From NCBI GenBank assembly GCA_002305115.1, contig DBQF01000001.1:92447-156446 (forward strand): a stretch of 64,000 bases of DNA, written 5' to 3'. A model generated the notes under the pieces. The model saw nothing but the letters and a program-made list of their open reading frames with translations. It was not told the DNA's origin and did not search any database. Both the position numbers and the translations under genes were made by a program. How positions within the stretch are numbered: the first letter of the stretch is position 1; each line of letters begins with the position of its first letter. The stretch comes from a candidate division WWE3 bacterium UBA1401. Lineage in GTDB: Bacteria; Patescibacteriota; WWE3; UBA101185; UBA10185. Positions 35,376 to 43,319 of the stretch are shown piece after piece.

Positions 35376-36157
35376 GGTTGCAAAACTTCTTCTTCACTTC
35401 CGTTTACAGTTATTATCACTTCTTCTACTGTAGGGAATTGTTGCAGGGTTTGTGTAATCTGTGCTCTTATTGCTTGTACCCGGCAAGAACCTGCCGCAGT
35501 GTTTAGGGTTGTATTGAAGTCCACTGTGGCTGTTCCATCTTCAATTGTTAGATTTTGTAGTTGGGTATTTTCTGGAATATTGGTGATCAGGCCTTGTTCT
35601 TGTTCTTCGGCGGTTGTGCCTAGGAGTAGTTGCTCTATGGCTGCTTCCCCTATACGGGGTGTTTCTTCTACGTTTCTTTTTACAGGAATTACTTTTGTGC
35701 AGTCCTGTTCTCCTTGTTGACTAAAAAACACTACAACTGTGTTTGTTTGTGGCTGTTCTGTGGTTATAACTTCCAGTCTTGTTACTTCTACGGTGTTGTT
35801 TTCCCTGACGCCTCTGATAAGTACTCTATCACCGGGCTGGAGGTTTGCTTGGGTACAGGGAAGTTGTGTGCTGTTAAAGCACTGGCTGTTTTGGGTGATG
35901 TTTAATTGTACGTTTAAGGCGGGGGCGCCTGGTTGTTCGTATATCAAAAACCATTCGCCTTGAGGTTGTCCGGGGTTGTTTCTGGTTAGGGTGCCGGTTT
36001 CTACGAAGTTGATTTGTTGGCTAGTCTGAGGTGGTGTTGTGGTTTCGGTGTTTATGGTGTCTATTCTTTGGTTTAGTCTGATTAGGGCGTAGGTGCCCAT
36101 GCCTATGAGCAGGGCAAGTATGATTAGTAGTAAGCCTATTTTTTTATTCATATGCAT
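35372..36157 (-). CDS. secreted GerMN-domain protein
   Basis: 261 aa with a signal or TM segment. The C-terminal region (VVVFF...DCTKV...RIGEAAIEQLLLG...NIPENTQLQNLTIEDGTATVDFN) matches the GerMN/Gmad2 domain pattern. Confidence 0.5.
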   Translation of the reverse strand: MHMNKKIGLLLIILALLIGMGTYALIRLNQRIDTINTETTTPPQTSQQINFVETGTLTRNNPGQPQGEWFLIYEQPGAPALNVQLNITQNSQCFNSTQLPCTQANLQPGDRVLIRGVRENNTVEVTRLEVITTEQPQTNTVVVFFSQQGEQDCTKVIPVKRNVEETPRIGEAAIEQLLLGTTAEEQEQGLITNIPENTQLQNLTIEDGTATVDFNTTLNTAAGSCRVQAIRAQITQTLQQFPTVEEVIITVNGSEEEVLQP

Positions 36158-36284
36158 GTAGTTTGTAGTTTTTTTGTTAAGATTATATAAGAATTAAGTA
36201 AAAGCTTGATTAGTATATACTATCCCATAGCTTGACAAATATATCGCTATGGGATTAAAATTCGAGTATTGAGGGGGTAGAGAC

Positions 36285-36506
36285 ATGTCAGGGATTTTTG
36301 GGTTTTTGAAATTTCTGCTGCGAAAAATCGTCACTGCACTTCTCATTGTTGGTGTTTTGTTTGCGGCACGCTTTATTGCTAGCACAGCATTCGTGCCGCT
36401 TATTGAGCTGATAGGCGCTTATTGGCGAGAAATGGCGTTGTACATCATAGGTTACGTGTTCCTATGGTGGTTTTGGGACAAGTATCTCCAAAAAGGAGGA
36501 GATTGA
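36285..36506 (+). CDS. small membrane protein
   Basis: 73 aa with a GAGGGGG SD 8 nt upstream and two hydrophobic helices. Confidence 0.45.
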   Translation: MSGIFGFLKFLLRKIVTALLIVGVLFAARFIASTAFVPLIELIGAYWREMALYIIGYVFLWWFWDKYLQKGGD

Positions 36507-36527
36507 GGCCATTACTAAGTAAGGGAG

Positions 36528-36728
36528 GTGAGACAATATGGGGTAATAATTGGGGCGCTTGTGCTTGGGTTCCTAGGGTTTTGTGTAGGAGGTCCTCTTG
36601 GTGCTTTTGTTGGTTTTTGCTTAGCTTTGTTTGCAGGTTTCTTGTGCTCTGGGTGTGGTGACCCAAATGACCCAGGTAAGCCTCCTCCTCCTGGTCCACC
36701 GGATCCTACGGACAACGGAAAAGGCTAA
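36528..36728 (+). CDS. small glycine-zipper membrane peptide with a Pro-rich tail (start problematic)
   Basis: 66 aa, reading GALVLGFLGFCVGGPLGAFVGF then PGKPPPPGPPDP. The only in-frame start is GTG 36528, which overlaps the SD AAGGGAGG. A perfectly spaced ATG at 36538 is out of frame and reads ATG-GGG-TAA. Confidence 0.3.
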   Translation: MRQYGVIIGALVLGFLGFCVGGPLGAFVGFCLALFAGFLCSGCGDPNDPGKPPPPGPPDPTDNGKG

Positions 36729-36813
36729 GGAGATAGTGATGATGCCCACTTTTTGATGACTCGGGGGAAATGTAAATCCAGACTACATCAGCCTACCACC
36801 CCGGGTCTTTTTC

Positions 36814-37350
36814 GTGCCCAAAAACCCCCAAACTCTTATCATAAACCTTTATTACCCCCCTCTTACCAAACTTTCACAAAAATCCCCTAACATCCCCATC
36901 ATGCAACTAGAGAACTACGACATTCCCTTTGTCCCCACATCAGACAGTAGCCTCCAGACCATGATCAAGCTTGCAAATATCCGTACCGGTGAAACCGCGT
37001 GTGACCTTGGTGCTGGTGAAGGTAAGCTGGTTATAGCTATGGGCAAAATGGGTGCCATTGTAGACGGCTATGAAATTGATGCTAAGCGTGCGCAAACTGC
37101 TACTCAAAGAGTGAAGGCAGAAGGTCTTGATGACCGTGTGCGTATTTATCACCAGAACTTTTGGAATGCGCCCCTAAATAATTATGACGTGATTATGTTG
37201 TTTGGCATTACCCGCATTATGCCCAGGCTGGAAAAGAAAATTATGAAGGAAGGCAAGAAGGGCTTACGGGTTATTTCTAATGTGTTTACATTTCCGAATT
37301 GGAAGCCGAAAGAAAAGGAAGATAATATTTTGCTGTATGTGAAGGATTAA
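36814..37350 (+). CDS. class I SAM-dependent methyltransferase (start uncertain: GTG 36814 or ATG 36901)
   Basis: Motif I (CDLGAGEGKLV), motif II (DGYEID) and a post-I acidic residue. Confidence 0.6.
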   Translation: MPKNPQTLIINLYYPPLTKLSQKSPNIPIMQLENYDIPFVPTSDSSLQTMIKLANIRTGETACDLGAGEGKLVIAMGKMGAIVDGYEIDAKRAQTATQRVKAEGLDDRVRIYHQNFWNAPLNNYDVIMLFGITRIMPRLEKKIMKEGKKGLRVISNVFTFPNWKPKEKEDNILLYVKD

Positions 37351-37374
37351 AAACAGTCCCCGGATGTAGGCAAG

Positions 37375-37521
37375 CTAGCATTTAACAATTTTAATTACCT
37401 GGTTTACGGCGGCGGCCCCAATTGCTTGTAGCTCTGCGTGACCATTCTCGCGCACTACGCTGGCAATTGTTCCGGCCAAGGCTCTCGACTTTGATAGGGA
37501 CGAAACCTTGAGAACGTCCAT
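37375..37521 (-). CDS. SpoVS-like protein, truncated (48 aa against about 86 aa for homologues)
   Basis: MDVLKVSSLSKSRALAGTIASVVRENGHAELQAIGAAAVNQVIKIV matches the SpoVS N-terminal half (MEVLKVSAKSSPNSVAGALAGVLRE.G.AEIQAIGAGALNQAVKA). An AAGGAG SD lies 9 nt upstream. It ends at a TAG where homologues continue. Confidence 0.45.
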   Translation of the reverse strand: MDVLKVSSLSKSRALAGTIASVVRENGHAELQAIGAAAVNQVIKIVKC

Positions 37522-37935
37522 GCTACTGTCTCCTTTTCTCTTTGAAATGCATTTCGACACCGAAGCGCTAATTATACAATATAAATTTGGAAACCCAAGC
37601 GCTATAGGCCGCTGTATATGTTTAGAGTACCCCTGGGGGCAGACAAATTTCCCCTCTTTCTTTCCCTCTAAAATGTCTGCCCCGGGTTTGGCAATAAGCC
37701 CCTACTGGCAGGTAAAATTCCTGTCCAGAAGTACTATCAACTTTAATGTTCTTGTTTTGGAAAGTTATAGGAAGTAAGTAAGATTGCTGTAAGAGCCTAA
37801 AAATTTGACAAAAGTTTTTGTACAGAGTATTATGAATACGTATTCGGAATTAATAATTTCAATTTGCTGAGTTTCTTAGGGTTTTGGAGGCTTGCCCGCC
37901 GAAGCTCTGGGAGCGAAGGCGGGAGGTGAATTTTT

Positions 37936-38151
37936 ATGCCATGGTTTGATAGAACAGGTCCTAGAGGTTTTGGCCCTATGACCGGTAGGGGCTTAGGTCC
38001 TTGTGGTAGGGGGTTTGGTTTTGGTAGAGGTCTCGGTTTGGGTAGGTTTTTTGGAAGAGGTTACCAGGAGCCTACTAAACAGGACTTAGAGGACTACAAA
38101 AAAACGCTGGAAGAAGAGTTAAAGGCTGTAGAAGAAGAACTTAATGCGTAA
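37936..38151 (+). CDS. DUF5320 family protein
   Basis: 71 aa: MPWFDRTGPRGFGPMTGRGLGPCGRGFGFGRG... followed by a coiled-coil tail, which is characteristic of DUF5320. The SD GGGAGGTGA is well placed. Confidence 0.6.
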   Translation: MPWFDRTGPRGFGPMTGRGLGPCGRGFGFGRGLGLGRFFGRGYQEPTKQDLEDYKKTLEEELKAVEEELNA

Positions 38152-38207
38152 AAACCTAAAGAAAACATAGCGCCTCTTAACAGAGGCGCTATAATGTTTA
38201 GTACTAT

Positions 38208-38486
38208 ATGCCAAGACCAAAAGCACCAAGACGAATAAAATTTAATCCTGATGTCTATTACTTCAAGCCGCGTGGTGTTCCCATGCGTGTGCTGGAAGAA
38301 GTTATACTAAAGCCTGATGAACTGGAAGCACTAAAACTATACGAAGTTGATGGTCTGGATCAGATAACTTCAGCTGCGCACATGCATATTTCCCAGCCCA
38401 CTTTTGCTCGTATCTTATCCAGCGCACACAAAAAGATTGCCGAAGCTATTATATTTGGTAAAGCAATTAGGATAGAAGAGCTTTAA
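38208..38486 (+). CDS. DUF134 (UPF0251) predicted DNA-binding protein
   Basis: 92 aa: MPRPKAPRRIKFNPDVYYFKPRGVP...LEEVILKPDELEALKL...SQPTFARILSSAHKKIAEAIIFGKAIRIE, matching the DUF134 pattern. It is paired with DUF5320, as in other genomes. Confidence 0.65.
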   Translation: MPRPKAPRRIKFNPDVYYFKPRGVPMRVLEEVILKPDELEALKLYEVDGLDQITSAAHMHISQPTFARILSSAHKKIAEAIIFGKAIRIEEL

Positions 38487-40326
38487 ACTGCGTCTCGTCC
38501 AAGGTTTCCACTTCCAGTAGTTTGCTTGCTACTTTATCTAATGCCTCTTTATTTTCTGCCAACACGTCCTTGGCTTTTTTAAATGCCTTGCTGATAATTT
38601 CCTTTACTTCCTTATCAATCTGTGCTGCCATATCCTGGCTGTAACCTACACCTTCGTTCATTTGTCTTGCTAACCAATCCCCGCCGTTTTTACCTTCGTA
38701 CGAAATCGGTCCTAACTCGCTCATACCGTACTCTGTAACCATTTTTCTGGCAAGTTCTGTTGCTTTATCAATATCATCTGCTGCGCCTACGGTTAATTCA
38801 TTGAATACTAGTTCTTCTGCCGCTCTTCCTCCCAACATCATACTGATAATAGAAGTTAGTCTGGTTTTGGTTTCATTATATCTGTCTCTTTCTGGTGGTA
38901 AGCTGGTATGTCCGAGGGATGCCCCCCTAGCTACAATGGAAATTCGGTAAACTGGATCCATTTCCGGTACATTAGCTGCCACAATGGCATGGCCTGCTTC
39001 GTGATAAGCTGTTAATTTGCGCTCATCTTCTGTCTGTAAAGTTTTTCTTTCTGATCCCATGGTCACTTTTAAGGCTGCTTCTTCAATATCTGCCGGGGTG
39101 ATCTTTTCTCTAGATTCACGGGCTGCCAGAATAGCTGCTTCGTTTAGCATGTTTTCTATGTCTGCTCCGCTAAAACCCACAGTCTTTTTTGCCACTTTTT
39201 CTATGTTTACATCTTCAGTGAAGGGTTTACCCCGCATGTGGATTTTTATTATTTCCTCTCTCTCTTTAAGATCCGGCAGGGGAATTGTAATTCTTCTATC
39301 AAATCTGCCGGGTCTTACCAAAGCAGGGTCTAGCATATCTGGTCTATTTGTTGCGGCTAACACAATGACTGCAGTTCTTTCATCAAATCCGTCCATTTCA
39401 ATAAGAATTTGGTTAAGCGTTTGTTCCCGTTCATCGTGGCCTCCTCCAATCCCCATACCGCGCTGTCTGCCAATAGCATCTATCTCATCAATGAAAATTA
39501 AGCTAGGTTGTGTGGTTTTTGCCATTTTAAATAAATCTCTAGCTCTAGCGCTTCCTACACCTACAAGCATTTCCATGAATTCGCTTCCTGCCACACTGAA
39601 AAACGGAACACCGGCTTCTCCCGCAATAGCTTTCGCCAGCAAAGTCTTACCTACCCCAGAAGGTCCTACAAGTAAAATACCTTTAGGAATTCTTGCACCA
39701 AGTTTTGCGTATTTATCAGGGTGTTTTAGGAAGTCAACAATTTCCTGCATTTCCCGTTTTGCCTCATCTGCACCCGCCACGTCGTTGAAAGTTATTTTAG
39801 ACCTATCTTTTGTGAATAGTCTTGCTCTAGATTTTCCAAAAGACAAAATATCCCCGCTAGAGCTACGCATCTGTCTGACTATAAAGAACAGGAATAAGAT
39901 GGGTAGGCCGAACGTTAACACTGTAGTGATTATTTGATCTAAGGCAATTGGGTGTTCTACTCGTAGCTCTCCGGCAATGCTGGCAATGTCTACATCGTTA
40001 TCGGCCAGGATTTCCGAAAAGCTAATACCGCTTTCTTTTTCCGAAGTAAACTGAGTGCCGTCTTGTAAGGTAACTTCAATAGTATCGCCTGAAACAGTAA
40101 TGTCTTGGACTTTGCCTTCTTTGATAAGCTGTACAGTTTCGCTGATGGGTTTTTGTTCTATGCCCAGACCATTTTGGAAAACAAAGCCAAAAACCGCATA
40201 GAAAATAAAAATCAGAAAAACATAGAAAAAGATATTGCTAAATAAGCCTTTTGGTTTTTGATCTTGCAGCATCGGAAGTTTAGTTTTAGCGCTTTTGCTC
40301 TTTTTATTCTTAGTGTTCTTTGGCAT
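38467..40326 (-). CDS. ftsH: ATP-dependent zinc metalloprotease FtsH
   Basis: 619 aa with N-terminal TM helices, the AAA Walker A GPSGVGKT, an SRH region, and the HEAGHA zinc site. Confidence 0.9.
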   Translation of the reverse strand: MPKNTKNKKSKSAKTKLPMLQDQKPKGLFSNIFFYVFLIFIFYAVFGFVFQNGLGIEQKPISETVQLIKEGKVQDITVSGDTIEVTLQDGTQFTSEKESGISFSEILADNDVDIASIAGELRVEHPIALDQIITTVLTFGLPILFLFFIVRQMRSSSGDILSFGKSRARLFTKDRSKITFNDVAGADEAKREMQEIVDFLKHPDKYAKLGARIPKGILLVGPSGVGKTLLAKAIAGEAGVPFFSVAGSEFMEMLVGVGSARARDLFKMAKTTQPSLIFIDEIDAIGRQRGMGIGGGHDEREQTLNQILIEMDGFDERTAVIVLAATNRPDMLDPALVRPGRFDRRITIPLPDLKEREEIIKIHMRGKPFTEDVNIEKVAKKTVGFSGADIENMLNEAAILAARESREKITPADIEEAALKVTMGSERKTLQTEDERKLTAYHEAGHAIVAANVPEMDPVYRISIVARGASLGHTSLPPERDRYNETKTRLTSIISMMLGGRAAEELVFNELTVGAADDIDKATELARKMVTEYGMSELGPISYEGKNGGDWLARQMNEGVGYSQDMAAQIDKEVKEIISKAFKKAKDVLAENKEALDKVASKLLEVETLDETQFKALLS

Positions 40327-40344
40327 GACGTAGGGGATTATAGC

Positions 40345-41349
40345 TCAATATTTTGGCAATTGCATCCTTTCTTTTGCCAGTTCCAGAGTTGCTTTTGCTT
40401 CTTTTTTGGTTGTTATCACGCCCTCTTCAAGTATATTCTTTACTTCATCTATGTGGTTTTCATAGTAGGTATAGCGCTCTCTGATGGGCGCAATATAGGT
40501 ATCTAGGGCGCTTACAAGTTTTTCCTTAACTTCTACATCGCCTACAGTACCTTTGGTGTAGCGTTCTTTTAAATCTGAAACCTCTTCTTTATTGGGGTTA
40601 AAAGTGTCGTGATAAATAAATACCGGGTTGCCCTCCACTTTACCGGGATCAGTTGGGTGAATTCTATTGGGGTCTGTATACATATGCATGACTTTTTCTT
40701 TTAATGCCTCCGGGGATTCATCTAGATAAATGGTGTTGCCTAACGATTTAGACATCTTTGTGTTTCCGTCAGTGCCTACTAGTCTTCTTACTTCACCTAC
40801 CAGGGCTTCGGGTTCTTTAAAAGTTTTTCCATATGTATTGTTAAATTTTCTAGCAAGTTCCTTAGTAAGTTCTATGTGTGGCAACTGATCTTCACCGACT
40901 GGGACAAGATCTGCCTGAACGCACAAAATGTCGGCTGCTTGCAGGTTTGGGAAATTAATAAAACCCAAAGAATAGTTGTCACCCATGCCCTTTTCTTTGA
41001 TTTCCTCTTTTATAGTGGGGTTGCGCAAGGCTCTGTTATGCGGGGTTAGCATGCTTAGGATGATTGCCAGTTCGTAAATTTCAGGAATGGCAGATTCGGG
41101 GAAGAAATGAGTCTTTTCAGGATCCAACCCGGCCGCCAGGTTACCAATAGTTACTTGAAGAATTGATTCTGATACTATTTCTGGTTTATCAACATATTTT
41201 GGATAGGCGAAGGAATGCATGTCTGCGATGATAATGAAGGTTTCGTATTCTTGCTGTAATTTTACCCTGTTTTCTAGCGAACCAACTAAATGGCCTATGT
41301 GGAGTTTACCTGTTGCGTTGTCTCCTGTAAGGATGCGCTTTTTGTTCAT
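40345..41349 (-). CDS. trpS: tryptophan--tRNA ligase
   Basis: 334 aa with HIGH (HIGHLVGSL) about 15 aa from the N-terminus and KMSKS (KMSKSLGN). The size and N-terminal layout fit TrpRS rather than TyrRS. Confidence 0.85.
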   Translation of the reverse strand: MNKKRILTGDNATGKLHIGHLVGSLENRVKLQQEYETFIIIADMHSFAYPKYVDKPEIVSESILQVTIGNLAAGLDPEKTHFFPESAIPEIYELAIILSMLTPHNRALRNPTIKEEIKEKGMGDNYSLGFINFPNLQAADILCVQADLVPVGEDQLPHIELTKELARKFNNTYGKTFKEPEALVGEVRRLVGTDGNTKMSKSLGNTIYLDESPEALKEKVMHMYTDPNRIHPTDPGKVEGNPVFIYHDTFNPNKEEVSDLKERYTKGTVGDVEVKEKLVSALDTYIAPIRERYTYYENHIDEVKNILEEGVITTKKEAKATLELAKERMQLPKY

Positions 41350-41539
41350 GTGGCTATTATAGCAGGAATTGAGTTGGGGAATTGCGTCTCTACCCGGGCC
41401 CGTCCCTGATCAGATTGCCGTATTAGGTTGTTGTGTCAATGAAAGGCACGTTTGGCATAAGGGACCAGCCCCCAATCTTATAGGATATTGCTTGAATTTG
41501 ATTTTTAAGGGTTTTGGCGCAGATGGTTATAGTAAGTAG

Positions 41540-41630
41540 TGGCTGCGCCATCCAAAGCGTTAGCAGTAATTGGTAGTGTTATTCCCAAACTAGTCCTTCT
41601 TCGCTACGAAGGACACCCGCCTGCGGCGGA
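41540..41630 (-). repeat. tRNA-trailing conserved element, copy A (double hairpin plus promoter-like tail)
   Basis: About 91 nt immediately 3' of tRNA-Met. It is about 85-90% identical to copies at 41779-41874 and 45148-45243. Confidence 0.6.
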
Positions 41631-41706
41631 TGGTGCCAACGGGTGGTCTCGAACCACCGGCCTGACGCTTATGAAACGTCCGCTCTAACCCCTGAGCTAC
41701 GTTGGC
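41631..41706 (-). tRNA. tRNA-Met (CAT), elongator type (tRNA-Ile2 not excluded)
   Basis: 76 nt with acceptor GCCAACG/CGTTGGC, anticodon loop TTCATAA with CAT at positions 34-36, and an encoded CCA. Confidence 0.8.
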
Positions 41707-41778
41707 GCAGCAACACTTGGGATTATACATGAACTTCGGTTGTAAAGAAAAGATTAATAAGGGGAGTCTGGATTTGTA

Positions 41779-41874
41779 TGGCCGTGCCATTCGAAGCGTT
41801 AGCAGTAATTGGTAGTGTTATTTCCAAACTAGTCCTTCTTCGCTACGCTACGAAGGACATCCGCCTGCGGCGGA
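41779..41874 (-). repeat. tRNA-trailing conserved element, copy B
   Basis: About 96 nt immediately 3' of the initiator tRNA. It contains an extra CTACG pentamer relative to copy A. Confidence 0.6.
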
Positions 41875-41948
41875 TGGTTGCGGGGTCCGGATTTGAACCG
41901 GAACCTTCAGATTATGAGCCTGACGAGGTACCATTCCTCCACCCCGCT
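41875..41948 (-). tRNA. initiator tRNA-fMet (CAT)
   Basis: Near-identical to E. coli tRNA-fMet over the acceptor stem and T-arm (AGCGGGGTGGAG ... GGTTCAAATCCGGACCCCGCAACCA). Positions 1:72 are unpaired (A:A), and the anticodon loop is CTCATAA. Confidence 0.75.
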
Positions 41949-41986
41949 ATTAGTGACATAAATACTATCAGATCTGAGAAATATTG

Positions 41987-42349
41987 TCAAAAGAACAAAT
42001 CCAGCCAAATTTGATAGTTCTTCGCTTTTTGTTTGTTTGCAACAGGTTGTTGCAATGGTTCCTCAGCCTTGTAGCCAAGCGTTTCTGGCGAGAGGTATAC
42101 TTCTTCTCCAGGTTTAACAAGATTTAGTTCATTTCGCGCTTGTTCCTCAATATAATCATCTGTTTGTCTGTAAGTGATTTTTTCCGTCAGGTCTTGCTTT
42201 TCCTTCTGGAGAAGCTCTGCTTCTTTTTTCGTGTTTTCCAATCTTCTACTGCTTTCCAGAATGCGTAAGGTAGTGCGGGTGAAATTTACTGTAGCTATAA
42301 TAAAGAGTATTGATAGAATTATGTACTTTAGTTGAGCAGGAATTGCCAT
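41987..42349 (-). CDS. FtsB/DivIC-like septum formation initiator
   Basis: 120 aa with an N-terminal TM helix, a coiled coil, and a C-terminal NELNLVKPGEEVY motif typical of FtsB/DivIC. Confidence 0.5.
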   Translation of the reverse strand: MAIPAQLKYIILSILFIIATVNFTRTTLRILESSRRLENTKKEAELLQKEKQDLTEKITYRQTDDYIEEQARNELNLVKPGEEVYLSPETLGYKAEEPLQQPVANKQKAKNYQIWLDLFF

Positions 42350-42452
42350 TAAGCTAATTTTAAGTTAAGGGTTGACTTTAATCAAGTTGTCCAGTATCCT
42401 ATAGGTAATTATTACATAAGTTTTGTGTTTTGGTCTAGAAGGGAAAATTTAA

Positions 42453-43316
42453 ATGAACTTAAGTGAAGCTCATAAGCTTTTTGTTGATCACTTGCGGGAA
42501 CTTGATAGAACCCGTTCTACTTTAATTGCATATGGAAAAGATATTGAACAATTGCTCAATTATCTCTCCAAACAAGGTGTTAATGACGTTAACGACGCCG
42601 AACTAAGCCATCTGCAAAGCTTTATGCAGAAGCTTGCGGACGATGGTTATACGGCTAAATCTATTTCCAGAAAAACTAACTCTACAAAAACCTTCTTTAA
42701 ATTTTTGAAAAGCGAGGGAATTGTGGATAAGGATGTAGCAGCCAATTTGAAACACCCTAAAGTGGAATCTAAGGCTCCTAGGATTTTGTCTAGATTGGAA
42801 TATAGGGCCCTAAGAGATGCTGCCAGAGATGACCCTAGAACATTTGCGATTATTGAAGTTTTACTTCAGACCGGTATAACGATTTCTGAACTTGCGGGCA
42901 TTAAGATGGAGCACATAAACTTTGATAATGGTACCCTGTATATTCCTGCAAGAGGATCTAAAGGTGAAAGAACAGTCCCTTTGAATAGGGCGGTTATTGA
43001 GGCTTTAAAGCAGTATATTGAGGAAGCTCGCCCTGATAAAGAGAGTGACTATTTGTTTATCACAAAAACCGGCAATCCGTTACTGGTCAGAAATATCAGG
43101 TCTACCATAGATAGGTACTTCAAGACCGCGGGTGTTCAGAATGCTAAAGTTAATGATTTAAGGCATACTTTTGCGGCACATAACTTGGAAAATGGTACCA
43201 GCTTGACTTATTTGTCTAAGGTGTTAGGCCACAAGCGTGTTTCTACAACCGAGAGGTATTTGCAGTTTATAGAAAAGAGTACTCAAGAAGAACGTCCCGA
43301 AATCGGTGTTCTATAA
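42453..43316 (+). CDS. tyrosine recombinase, XerC/XerD family
   Basis: 287 aa with an N-terminal SAM-like core-binding domain. The catalytic R...K...HxxR...Y residues lie in LRHTFAAH, GHKRVSTTERY. Confidence 0.8.
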   Translation: MNLSEAHKLFVDHLRELDRTRSTLIAYGKDIEQLLNYLSKQGVNDVNDAELSHLQSFMQKLADDGYTAKSISRKTNSTKTFFKFLKSEGIVDKDVAANLKHPKVESKAPRILSRLEYRALRDAARDDPRTFAIIEVLLQTGITISELAGIKMEHINFDNGTLYIPARGSKGERTVPLNRAVIEALKQYIEEARPDKESDYLFITKTGNPLLVRNIRSTIDRYFKTAGVQNAKVNDLRHTFAAHNLENGTSLTYLSKVLGHKRVSTTERYLQFIEKSTQEERPEIGVL

Positions 43317-43319
43317 TCC

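Noticed and set aside
37895-37930. GC hairpin (CCCGCC...GGCGGG) overlapping the SD of the DUF5320 gene, considered as a possible RBS-sequestering riboswitch or thermosensor
   Set aside because: It has only a 6-bp stem with a 17-nt loop and overlaps 3 nt of the SD. That is too weak to argue for regulation without comparative data.
41778-42014. 78-aa ORF (and a similar 140-aa ORF at 45069-45491) sharing the peptide MAVPxxALxVxGSxIxKLVLLxYATKDIRLRRM
   Set aside because: Both run antisense across tRNA genes and the conserved tRNA-trailing repeat. The shared peptide is simply the repeat translated, not a protein family.
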